Origin: a virus
Lineage: Duplodnaviria; Caudoviricetes
Direction: 5' to 3' (one strand)
DNA length: 55,862 bases
Virus record (IMG/VR): IMGVR_UViG_3300025862_000001
Span: 1-55,862 of that record
The notes under the pieces are model-generated. The model was not told where the DNA came from, made no database searches, and worked only from the letters and a program-made list of their open reading frames with translations. Shown piece after piece: positions 8,790 through 16,646 of this stretch (positions are counted from its first letter, which is position 1; every line of letters starts with the position of its first letter). Made by a program: the position numbers and the translations under genes.

Positions 8790-11700
8790 GTGAAGGTTCC
8801 CGTTATCAGCGCACGCCGAGACCTCAGCCGCAAAGCGATCGAGACAGCTGCGATCGAGAAGACCATGCACGCGGTCGGACAGTCGCTAGTCGAGACCGGC
8901 ACGCTAGACGCAACCGATGTCGAGAAGAGCTTTGGCTCCAGCGCGGCAGCGCTCTCGTCAGCCGGACACGCGCCCGGTAGCGCTATCACACAAACCAGCA
9001 CCGGCTGGTCGCCGTCGAGCGCGCTCAGCGCGAAGCTAAAGGCGAGGCTAGAACAGAACCTCGCCAGCGGGTTTAGCGAGTCTCAGCCGAAGCTAGAGGA
9101 AGCGCTCGCCGTACAAGGACTCACATGGGGACCACCGTTCCCGCCAGGCCGGCCACTCGACCCATTCTTTGGCGTTCGCAGACCACCACGCACATTCGAC
9201 TACCCAGTTGGCGCGAACGTCCAACTTACACCGCGCTCAAACCGCGTTAGCTTCCCGACCATCAAGGCGGTCTATGACGCCTACGATGTGGCGCAGATAT
9301 GCGTGCGGCACTTGATAAACGATGTGCGCTCCCTCGACTACAACTGGGAGCCGATCCCCGGCATCAAGGCTGATGTAGCAGACGAGATCGAGCAGGCAAT
9401 CGCGTTCTTCTCCTCGCCAGACAAGCGCCAGCCGTTCCGAACATGGCTTGCCGAGTGGTTGCAGGACGTGCTGCGGTACGATGCCGGCGCGCTATATATC
9501 CGCCGTAACGAAGCCGACGAGCCGATCGCGCTTGAGGTCATCAGCGGTAGCACGATCATTCCGCTCATCGACTACTACGGGCGCCGCCCCGAAGACGAGG
9601 ATGATGAGAACGCTAGCCCTGAAGGATTGTTCGGCGGGGAGATAACCCCGGCGTATGTGCAAATCATTGAGGGGCTGCCATGGGACTGGTTGGCCGCGGA
9701 CGATCTGATGTATCTGCCGTGGAACCCGCTCCCGGAATCGCAGTATGGCCTGTCCCCGATCGAGGCCGTGCTGCTCAGCGCCAACACCGACATCCGCTTT
9801 CAATGGCACTTTCTGAACTTCTTTACGGAAGGCACCATGCCGGCCGGCTTCATGGAGTCGCCGCCGGACATGTCCGACCCGGCACAGATCGCATCCATGC
9901 AGGATGCGTGGGACGCGCTGATGCAGGGCGACCAGACGAAGCTCCGGCAGATCCGCTGGGTGCCGTCCGGCGCGAAGTTTACCGAAGCGAAGCCTGCCGC
10001 GAACAAGTTTGATTCAGAGTTCCCGTTGTACTTGATGCGTCGTACCTGCGCTTCGTATGGCGTCACACCTAACGACCTTGGCTTTACGGAGAACGTGAAC
10101 CGTGCGACAGGAGACACCCAGATCGACGTTCAGTTCCGCGTCGGCACATCCCCGCTACTGCGATACGTCGAGGATGTCATCAACCTGTTCGTCAAGCAGC
10201 ACCTCAAGCTGCGTGTGCGGATACGTTTCGATGACGGCAAAGAGACTGAGGATCGGGTCGCTGCCGCACAAGCAGCAGGCATATACCTGGATCACGGAGT
10301 CATCGGGATAGACGAGGTGCGTACGGAGCTCGGCAAAGCGATCGACAAGAGCAAACCGTCGCCGCGTTACATAAACAACGCACGCAACGGTCCTATTCCA
10401 CTATTGGCGTTGGAGTCGATGTCCGGCAAGATCGACGCGGATACGCTCGGGATCGCGGACTCGCAGGAACTCGTGACGACCCCGTACGCGCCGCTGCCGG
10501 GTGTGATCCCGCCGAACGGTTCGGAAGAGCAGAAGCAAGCCGCGCAGCACACCGAACAGGTAGCGCGGGATTTGCGGTCGGCTACAACCGGCAAACCGAC
10601 CGAAGGCACCGATGAAGAACCCGAAGGCGCCGAAGAAGGAACCGAAGAATCCGCGGAAGAAACGCCGATCGAGAAGATGCTCAAGGATATCGACGCGCTG
10701 CTAATGAAGGCTGAGACCGCAGGAGTTACGGCGGCGACAGGCGTTCAGGGAGTAGACCTTGAAAGCGAAGAGGAAGAAGATGACGATGACGAGGAAGAGG
10801 CTGCTACGAAGGCTGCGGCGACTGCGCTGGCTCTTCGGCGCTGGCGCGAGAACAGCCGGAACCGGCTGAAGAAGGGTAGGGCGCCTCGTAAGTTCGTAGA
10901 CCCAAGCCTGTCGCCCGAGGCTCATAACGAAATCTGGTCGAAGCTGGAGAAAGCGAAGACGCGCGTGCAGGTGGACGCCGCCTTCAAGGCTAGCCCAAAA
11001 GCTAAGCCGGCGCGGCCGGCGTTTCACCACAACGCTGACGCGATCGTTGAGCACTACAGCCCGGTGATTGCTGCTGCGCTAGGTAAGCTGTTTAGCGCGA
11101 GCGCAGTCAAAGCAGCGTACAATGCCGCCGCCAAATCGAGTACGAACGTGGCGAAGGCGGCGGAACCGGATCCGGTAGCTGCGGCCGCGATCAAATCGCT
11201 CGAAGCAGCGAGTGCGAGCCCGAAGGCGTTGGAAGCGACTCTGCGCGAACTGTACGGTGACGGCTTCCTGCAAGGCGCCCACGATGCAGCAGCTGCCGCG
11301 CACAGCTCGATCCTAGCCTCGCTAACGGACATTGCCGCTCAGCCGGACGCCGCGTACTGGGATGCGTGGACGCCTGGCTACGGTGAGGCTGCTGCGTTGA
11401 CCGCGAACGGTGGCATGGCGGACTTGCTATCGAACGGTGGCATCACGATCCAGGGCATGACGGATACGAGCATTGAAAGGATCGGGAACGCGATCAGCGA
11501 AGGGCTGAGCAAAGGCGACTCATACGAAGCGACCGCGAAAGCACTCGAAGACGTGACGGGTAGCCGCGCGGAAGTCATCGCGAATACCGAGATGAATAGG
11601 GCGATGACGACTGCGAGCGTCGAAACGTACAAGGACGCAGGGGTTACGGAAGTAGAATGGCTCGCGGAGGCAGATGCGTGCCCGATCTGTGAAGAAAATG

Positions 11701-11825
11701 CAGACGCTTCGCCTTACCCTCTAGATGGCGGAGAAGAACCGCCTGCCCACCCGAGTTGCAGGTGCGCCTTGTCACCCGTCGTTAGCCTTGACGGGCCGGC
11801 TGAGGAAGCAGCTCCGGAAGAATGA
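8790..11825 (+). CDS. Portal protein fused to Mu gpF/SPP1 gp7-like minor head domain
   Basis: YGLSPIE, portal-like core; C-terminal RAEVIANTE..RA, EWL, CPIC, PPAHPSCRC. Confidence 0.92.
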   Translation: MKVPVISARRDLSRKAIETAAIEKTMHAVGQSLVETGTLDATDVEKSFGSSAAALSSAGHAPGSAITQTSTGWSPSSALSAKLKARLEQNLASGFSESQPKLEEALAVQGLTWGPPFPPGRPLDPFFGVRRPPRTFDYPVGANVQLTPRSNRVSFPTIKAVYDAYDVAQICVRHLINDVRSLDYNWEPIPGIKADVADEIEQAIAFFSSPDKRQPFRTWLAEWLQDVLRYDAGALYIRRNEADEPIALEVISGSTIIPLIDYYGRRPEDEDDENASPEGLFGGEITPAYVQIIEGLPWDWLAADDLMYLPWNPLPESQYGLSPIEAVLLSANTDIRFQWHFLNFFTEGTMPAGFMESPPDMSDPAQIASMQDAWDALMQGDQTKLRQIRWVPSGAKFTEAKPAANKFDSEFPLYLMRRTCASYGVTPNDLGFTENVNRATGDTQIDVQFRVGTSPLLRYVEDVINLFVKQHLKLRVRIRFDDGKETEDRVAAAQAAGIYLDHGVIGIDEVRTELGKAIDKSKPSPRYINNARNGPIPLLALESMSGKIDADTLGIADSQELVTTPYAPLPGVIPPNGSEEQKQAAQHTEQVARDLRSATTGKPTEGTDEEPEGAEEGTEESAEETPIEKMLKDIDALLMKAETAGVTAATGVQGVDLESEEEEDDDDEEEAATKAAATALALRRWRENSRNRLKKGRAPRKFVDPSLSPEAHNEIWSKLEKAKTRVQVDAAFKASPKAKPARPAFHHNADAIVEHYSPVIAAALGKLFSASAVKAAYNAAAKSSTNVAKAAEPDPVAAAAIKSLEAASASPKALEATLRELYGDGFLQGAHDAAAAAHSSILASLTDIAAQPDAAYWDAWTPGYGEAAALTANGGMADLLSNGGITIQGMTDTSIERIGNAISEGLSKGDSYEATAKALEDVTGSRAEVIANTEMNRAMTTASVETYKDAGVTEVEWLAEADACPICEENADASPYPLDGGEEPPAHPSCRCALSPVVSLDGPAEEAAPEE

Positions 11826-11841
11826 CAACCAGGAGGTAGTT

Positions 11842-12072
11842 ATGTTCAATTACGGAACAAGCAAAGACCGCACCATAGGCCCGTTTAGGTTCAAGTATTC
11901 TCTTTGGGAAAGCGGTAAGCGCGAAGTAAGCGTTCGGCTCGCTCTGCCCAAGCGCTCAATGGTAGACGCTAACCCTCTAGGCGGAGATGAAGGTTGCCTA
12001 GTAGGAAGTCGGGGGGCAGCGTTTGTTCGTGCTTTGCAAGAGGAAGCTGCGCAGGGAGCTAGCCATGCCTGA
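11842..12072 (+). CDS. Hypothetical protein
   Basis: AGGAGG RBS. Confidence 0.55.
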   Translation: MFNYGTSKDRTIGPFRFKYSLWESGKREVSVRLALPKRSMVDANPLGGDEGCLVGSRGAAFVRALQEEAAQGASHA

Positions 12073-12310
12073 GCCGATATTAGGGCCGCTCTCTAAGTCC
12101 GACTCGACGAGGCAGGAGCCGACCGTCGAGCATAAGTTGCGCGGGGAAGCTAAGCGTGAGCTAGAGAAGCAAGCCGAGATCGAAGATTGGCGCGAGGCTA
12201 CTGTGGGACTGGACCCTGTACTGGTACAGGCAATAAAGCAGGATCAAGTGAATAGAGAAGCATTAGCAAAGCTAAAGGCGATGCGCAAGGCGAAAGCGGT
12301 ACAGGACTAG
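12065..12310 (+). CDS. Hypothetical protein
   Basis: GGGAG RBS, overlaps previous stop. Confidence 0.55.
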   Translation: MPEPILGPLSKSDSTRQEPTVEHKLRGEAKRELEKQAEIEDWREATVGLDPVLVQAIKQDQVNREALAKLKAMRKAKAVQD

Positions 12311-12339
12311 AGCCTCATCGCGCCGTAAATCCTAGATAA

Positions 12340-12670
12340 ACCTCGCCTCGCCCCGCCTAGCCCCGCCTTGCCTCGCCTCGCCCAACCTAGCCGAGCCATG
12401 CCTGCCATGCCCTACCCAGCCGCGCTTCGCCTTGCCGTGCTATGCCCCGCCTGCCGTACCTTGCCTCGCCAAGCCCAGCCCCGCCTAGCTGAGCCCAACC
12501 GAGCCTTGCCTGCCTTGCTTAGCCCTGCCAATGCCCCGCCTAGCCCTACCACACCATGCCTGCCAAGCCTCGCCTAGCCTCGCCGTGCTTTGCCCTACCA
12601 CGCCTCGCCTGCCTTGCCGCGCCCTGCCGAGCCTGGCCACACCCCGCCGAGCCGCGCCTTACCTTGCCAC
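12340..12670 (-). ncRNA. GGY-NN pentamer repeat array, six units delimited by GGCAGGC (candidate guide-RNA array)
   Basis: Near-strict 5-nt period RCC-NN on + strand; GCCTGCC delimiters at 12400, 12449, 12508, 12558 and 12607; lies directly downstream of the RAMP-like operon. Confidence 0.8.
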
Positions 12671-12677
12671 GATGAAT

Positions 12678-12707
12678 CCCTCTGCCCGATTTGACTCAGA
12701 CAGAGGG
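12678..12707 (-). other. 12-bp RNA hairpin immediately 5' of the array
   Basis: CCCUCUGUCUGA-GUCAAA-UCGGGCAGAGGG; pairs fully only on the minus-strand RNA (G-U pairs). Confidence 0.7.
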
Positions 12708-12713
12708 CGCACA

Positions 12714-13160
12714 TTACGCCGCCACCTCCATTTCCGCCAAGCACTCGACGTTCGCAGCTTCACAAAGCGCAAGCACACGTTCCGCCGCTTCACGCCCGCG
12801 CTTCACGCCTTCCTCTTGCCCTTTGAGCATATCGATTCGCGCATGGAGCGCCGCTCGGTTCATGTACCTCAACTCCCGTTCCTCCCCTGAGAGGGTTGGG
12901 TAACGCTTGTCGAGTAGCGGTCGTATTTGCTCTAGAGCCTCCTTTTGTTGTTTTAGGGTTTTCAGCGGTGCTGTCGCACTTGCTGCAACTGACGCCTCCA
13001 CGCTGCGAACGGCTCCGCGCCGAATATGCTGGAACTCGTTAGCGAGCATTGCTATCAACGTCTTTTGTGTTACGGCCAGTAAGAACTTCCTCGCTAACGA
13101 GTAATTGCTGAGCTTCGGATTTTCGGCAGCGAATGCTGCCATTGCGGAGCGAAGGCTCAT
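12714..13160 (-). CDS. Accessory protein of the RAMP-like cassette
   Basis: 148 aa, ATGA-coupled to upstream gene, helical. Confidence 0.75.
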   Translation of the reverse strand: MSLRSAMAAFAAENPKLSNYSLARKFLLAVTQKTLIAMLANEFQHIRRGAVRSVEASVAASATAPLKTLKQQKEALEQIRPLLDKRYPTLSGEERELRYMNRAALHARIDMLKGQEEGVKRGREAAERVLALCEAANVECLAEMEVAA

Positions 13161-13735
13161 ACTGGCACCACCTCGCCCGTGAAGCGCCCGTAGCCGTTGA
13201 CGCGGTTATCGCCTATACCAATCGCTTGACCGGCAAGGGCAACGATGCGCTCCAGCTCATCGAAGTTCAAGCCGGCGTCCTCGATCAGCAACCCATCGAG
13301 TTGCATAGACCAGGCCGCGAACTGTGGGCGAACGCGCATTACGCGCTTACCCATGATTCCTACCGACAGTCGCGAAACGAATCGGCTGTCGAGAGCGAGC
13401 TTGTCGATCGACTTTGGGCCGTTATGCTTCAGCGGCACATTGAGGGCGTTGAAAGCGAGCCCTCGCTCGACCTGCTTGCCCTGCTTGGTGATCCGCGCTG
13501 TCTCGATCAGACACTTGCGAACCTTGGCGGTCGGCTGCACCACGACACCATCATCGTCTGTGTAGAGACCACCGTGCCACTCCAGCATCTCGATCTGCTG
13601 GAGATCCTGGTCGGTCTTCTTTCGCTTCCCGGTGAGCGCCTTTAGCTCTCGGTTGATCGGAAACTCTGGATCAACCATCCGGGGATTGTGCATCAACAGC
13701 GGGCTTGTGCCCGTGAGGGTGACTTGTACGTTCAT
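13157..13735 (-). CDS. RAMP/Cas7-like RNA-binding protein (Vipr-like)
   Basis: N-terminal VTLTGTSPLLMHN, C-terminal G-rich loop GIGDNRVNGYGRF; AAGGAGG RBS. Confidence 0.75.
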   Translation of the reverse strand: MNVQVTLTGTSPLLMHNPRMVDPEFPINRELKALTGKRKKTDQDLQQIEMLEWHGGLYTDDDGVVVQPTAKVRKCLIETARITKQGKQVERGLAFNALNVPLKHNGPKSIDKLALDSRFVSRLSVGIMGKRVMRVRPQFAAWSMQLDGLLIEDAGLNFDELERIVALAGQAIGIGDNRVNGYGRFTGEVVPV

Positions 13736-13810
13736 TACTGCCTCCTTGTGTTGTGTCGTGTTAGCTGTTCCTTGTCTCGCATGTTGAGACGATCGCTTAC
13801 GACTCGACGG

Positions 13811-13840
13811 AGAGTAGCAGGTCTCATGCCCGCTTGTCAA
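13811..13840 (-). promoter_or_regulatory. Sigma70-type promoter of the RAMP-like cassette
   Basis: TTGACA-N18-TACTCT with shared AGCRGGCA spacer motif. Confidence 0.75.
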
Positions 13841-14009
13841 GGGCGGAGCTTAGTGCCTCACATATAGCGCACTATGGTCTATACCGCACAATCTATGAAG
13901 CATAAGAACCGAAAGGAAGCAACCCAATGGGCATCCTCGTAACCGTAGTAGTCATCCTCGTGTGCGCCGTCGTGATCCTCAAGCTGCTCGACCGGCTGTA
14001 AACCCTCTT

Positions 14010-14082
14010 AGCGGAGTAGTAGAAGTGGTATCTACGCGGGTTTCATACGCCCGAGAACCTTGTTCGAATCAGGGCTCCGCTA
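14010..14082 (+). tRNA. tRNA-Met/Ile2 (anticodon CAT)
   Basis: AGCGGAG/CTCCGCT acceptor stem, TGG D-loop, CGGGT-TTCATAC-GCCCG anticodon arm, TTCGAAT T-loop; no encoded CCA. Confidence 0.85.
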
Positions 14083-14145
14083 CTTAGTCGCCGGCCCATA
14101 TAGCCCGCGACCGACCCGACCCGAACGCGGGCGATGAGAACACAC

Positions 14146-14241
14146 TGCGAGTTAGTGGCGGAGGCGCTGGACACGGGCGCACGCGGCTAACACCCGGCAC
14201 GACAGAGGCCGGAACGAATGGTTCGAATCCTTCACTCGCAG
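14146..14241 (+). tRNA. Atypical/degenerate tRNA with long variable arm (Ser-GCT-like)
   Basis: TGCGAGT/ACTCGCA acceptor, CCGGC/GCCGG variable arm, GGTTCGAATCC T-arm, G discriminator; anticodon arm irregular. Confidence 0.5.
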
Positions 14242-14295
14242 TCCCTTACTTTAGAAACGCGGCACGGTACTAACCAATCCCTAGAAGGAGTCAAC

Positions 14296-14592
14296 ATGTC
14301 CGTACAGACCGAAGCAGAAGCCGGCGCGAAAACCACTGCGGAAGGCCTCATCGCAACCGCCAAAACGTCGATCCTAGCCGCGTCCAAAGTGACTTCTGAA
14401 GCTGAGGTCAAAGTAGAGACAGAAGCACGCGAGCTCGCGGTCCTCGCCGCTGAAGCTGCCGCGAAAGTTGAAGTCGAAGCGAAGACGATCACTACGCTGA
14501 AGGCAGAACTTGCGACGTTAGAAAGAGCCGCAGATAAATCGAACGAAGAACTCCGCGAAAAGAACGCGAAGATCCTCTCCCTGACGAGCTAA
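14296..14592 (+). CDS. Coiled-coil hypothetical protein
   Basis: AAGGAG RBS; Ala/Glu/Lys-rich. Confidence 0.65.
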   Translation: MSVQTEAEAGAKTTAEGLIATAKTSILAASKVTSEAEVKVETEARELAVLAAEAAAKVEVEAKTITTLKAELATLERAADKSNEELREKNAKILSLTS

Positions 14593-14743
14593 TTGACATG
14601 CCAATTCCTAACGACTTCACAACTATCCTAGAGGCTGCTCGTGGCGCTTACCTGAAAGTGTGCGAGGAAGTCCGCGTGTCTGGTGCACGCGGCACGCTGG
14701 CCTGGAAAGACAACCCGAGCAAATAGAGGCGTAAGGAGACAAC

Positions 14744-15262
14744 ATGGGCGACATACACATACACAACTACCACGCCGAGCCTGCTCCTTCCTGTGTTGTG
14801 AAGGAGTCGATTCTCCCCGCTGACACAGACCTAGCGGCCGTGAACGTCATCGAGGCACAAGACGAGCGACGCTACACCCTCGGCATCGCCTACCCAGCCA
14901 TGCGCGCAGACAAGGCAGTCGCAGCCGACGGGCATCGCGACTTCGTATCCGCTGAGGCGCTAGAGAAGACCGCCTGGGCGTTCCTGAAGAACGGCGGCGT
15001 GAACATGTTTCATCAGGACGGCACAGACGGCCACGCCGACATTGTTGAGTCCTACATATACAGGGGACCAGATTGGGTGTTCACCTCCCCTGTGGACAGC
15101 AAGGAGTACGCCGTCAAGGAAGGCGACTGGATGCTCGGCACGGTGTGGGATCAAGAGGGCTGGCAGATGGTGAAGGCTGGCCTCATAAATGGTTGGAGCC
15201 CTGAAGGCGGGGCACGCCGAACTACCGCGAGCCCTGAACGGCTGCTGGAACTAAGGAGCTAG
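14744..15262 (+). CDS. XkdF-like prohead serine protease
   Basis: ERRYTLG.AY, D.H.D, LEKTAW, MFH, VESY, GDW, GWSPEG; between portal and capsid genes. Confidence 0.85.
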   Translation: MGDIHIHNYHAEPAPSCVVKESILPADTDLAAVNVIEAQDERRYTLGIAYPAMRADKAVAADGHRDFVSAEALEKTAWAFLKNGGVNMFHQDGTDGHADIVESYIYRGPDWVFTSPVDSKEYAVKEGDWMLGTVWDQEGWQMVKAGLINGWSPEGGARRTTASPERLLELRS

Positions 15263-15265
15263 AAC

Positions 15266-16609
15266 ATGAAGACTGACGGTGTAGATATCACAGAGATTGT
15301 GGAGTTGACCGCAAGCAAGGTTTCCGGCGTAACCGCACCCGCCAATTCCACACCCTTTTTGCTACTCAAGGCAGCGGCGCCTGCTGAAGAAGACGACGGC
15401 GAGAAGACAACCGACGAAAAGTTCAAGGAGAACGCTCAGAGGATGAAGGAAGGCAAGGAACCAAAGAAAGCTGAAAAGGGCGAAAGCTCCGAAGAAGAAG
15501 AAGCCAAGGAAGAAAAGGAAGAAGAAGAAGAAGCCGAAAAGGGCACCGTACAGGACGCCCTCAGCGGCACCGCGACCCCACAGGAGACCGGCCATCTCGT
15601 GTCCGGTCAGTCCTCCCTCGCGGGTCCTGTAGCAACAGGCGCAAAGCCAGCCGTACCCGCCGCTCAGCAAGAAGGCGGCGCGTCCTCCTACGAGATCCCC
15701 GACGAGTCGAAGCTGACTAAGGCCGACGCTGTAGCGTCGCTGGTCGAGGCGATCGAAGTCCTCGACACGCAGCGCGCTGCCATCAAGGACGGCATCGCCG
15801 CGATCGCGGACGCTGAGGGCGAGACTGGCGAGGCCACCAAGGCAGGCAAGGTGCTCTCCGCAAAGAACGTGGCGGCGTTGGAAGCCGCACATAAACACTT
15901 GAGCAGCGTAATAGAAACTGCCAAGAGCAAGGCGACCCCGGCCAGCCCGGATAGCAAAACCGCAGAAGCAGAAAAGGAGATTATCTCCATGACTGACATC
16001 ACGAAGTCTGAGCTGGCCGAGAGCATCGTTGCCGGCGTCAAGACCGCGTTCCGAGCGGAGCGCGACGCAGAGAAGGCCGAAGTGGCCGAGAAGGCCGAGA
16101 AGCTAGAGCAGGCGAAGCGGCTTGTGGCAGCCGATCTGGCCGAGAAGGGCAACGTGTCCGGCGGCGAGAGCACCGGCGGAACGCAGTCTAACAACGCAGG
16201 CGAGATCACTGAGGCGGCTATCAAACCCTCCAAGGAGACCGACGCCAACGATGTAAACGCGGTGAAGGAGGGCGAGGTCACGAAGTCAGAGGACACGCCT
16301 GACGAGTTCACCAAGCAGGTCGAGACGCAGCTAGAGGCACTGACCAAGGGTCAGAACGCGCTTCAGGAGCTTGTCTCGAAGATCGCCAAGCGTCCCCGCC
16401 CAGGGGGTCCTTCACTTGACGGCCAAGGCCGAGGCATTGCGCCCGCGGTAGAGGGTCGGATGAGTGGCGTGACCAAGAGCGAGGGAGATGAGATCGGGAA
16501 GCTGGCCAAGGCTCTCGATGAGGCGACGGACCCCGTTCAGAAGTCTGAGCTGGGAATCAAGCTGACCCACGCGCGTCTTGTGAAAGCGCACGAAGCCGGT
16601 CAGCTGTAA
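15266..16609 (+). CDS. Capsid scaffolding protein
   Basis: VSGV..PAN..FLLLK N-terminus, acidic coiled coil, directly before capsid gene. Confidence 0.8.
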   Translation: MKTDGVDITEIVELTASKVSGVTAPANSTPFLLLKAAAPAEEDDGEKTTDEKFKENAQRMKEGKEPKKAEKGESSEEEEAKEEKEEEEEAEKGTVQDALSGTATPQETGHLVSGQSSLAGPVATGAKPAVPAAQQEGGASSYEIPDESKLTKADAVASLVEAIEVLDTQRAAIKDGIAAIADAEGETGEATKAGKVLSAKNVAALEAAHKHLSSVIETAKSKATPASPDSKTAEAEKEIISMTDITKSELAESIVAGVKTAFRAERDAEKAEVAEKAEKLEQAKRLVAADLAEKGNVSGGESTGGTQSNNAGEITEAAIKPSKETDANDVNAVKEGEVTKSEDTPDEFTKQVETQLEALTKGQNALQELVSKIAKRPRPGGPSLDGQGRGIAPAVEGRMSGVTKSEGDEIGKLAKALDEATDPVQKSELGIKLTHARLVKAHEAGQL

Positions 16610-16646
16610 GTATCGCATCAACCTCTAATCCGACAGGAGACCTAGC

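Noticed and set aside
12340-12670. Canonical CRISPR array or simple microsatellite
   Set aside because: No 25-40 nt repeats with spacers; variable positions are too diverse and regularly punctuated for slippage
12611-12670. Unit F read as NNx codons resembles an HTH tail (LALDCTPEALF)
   Set aside because: Degenerate decoding easily yields plausible peptides; needs a real gapped search
12368-12890. Pro/Ala/Leu/Arg-rich + strand ORFs over the pentamer array
   Set aside because: By-products of the 5-nt repeat; no RBS, antisense to the cassette
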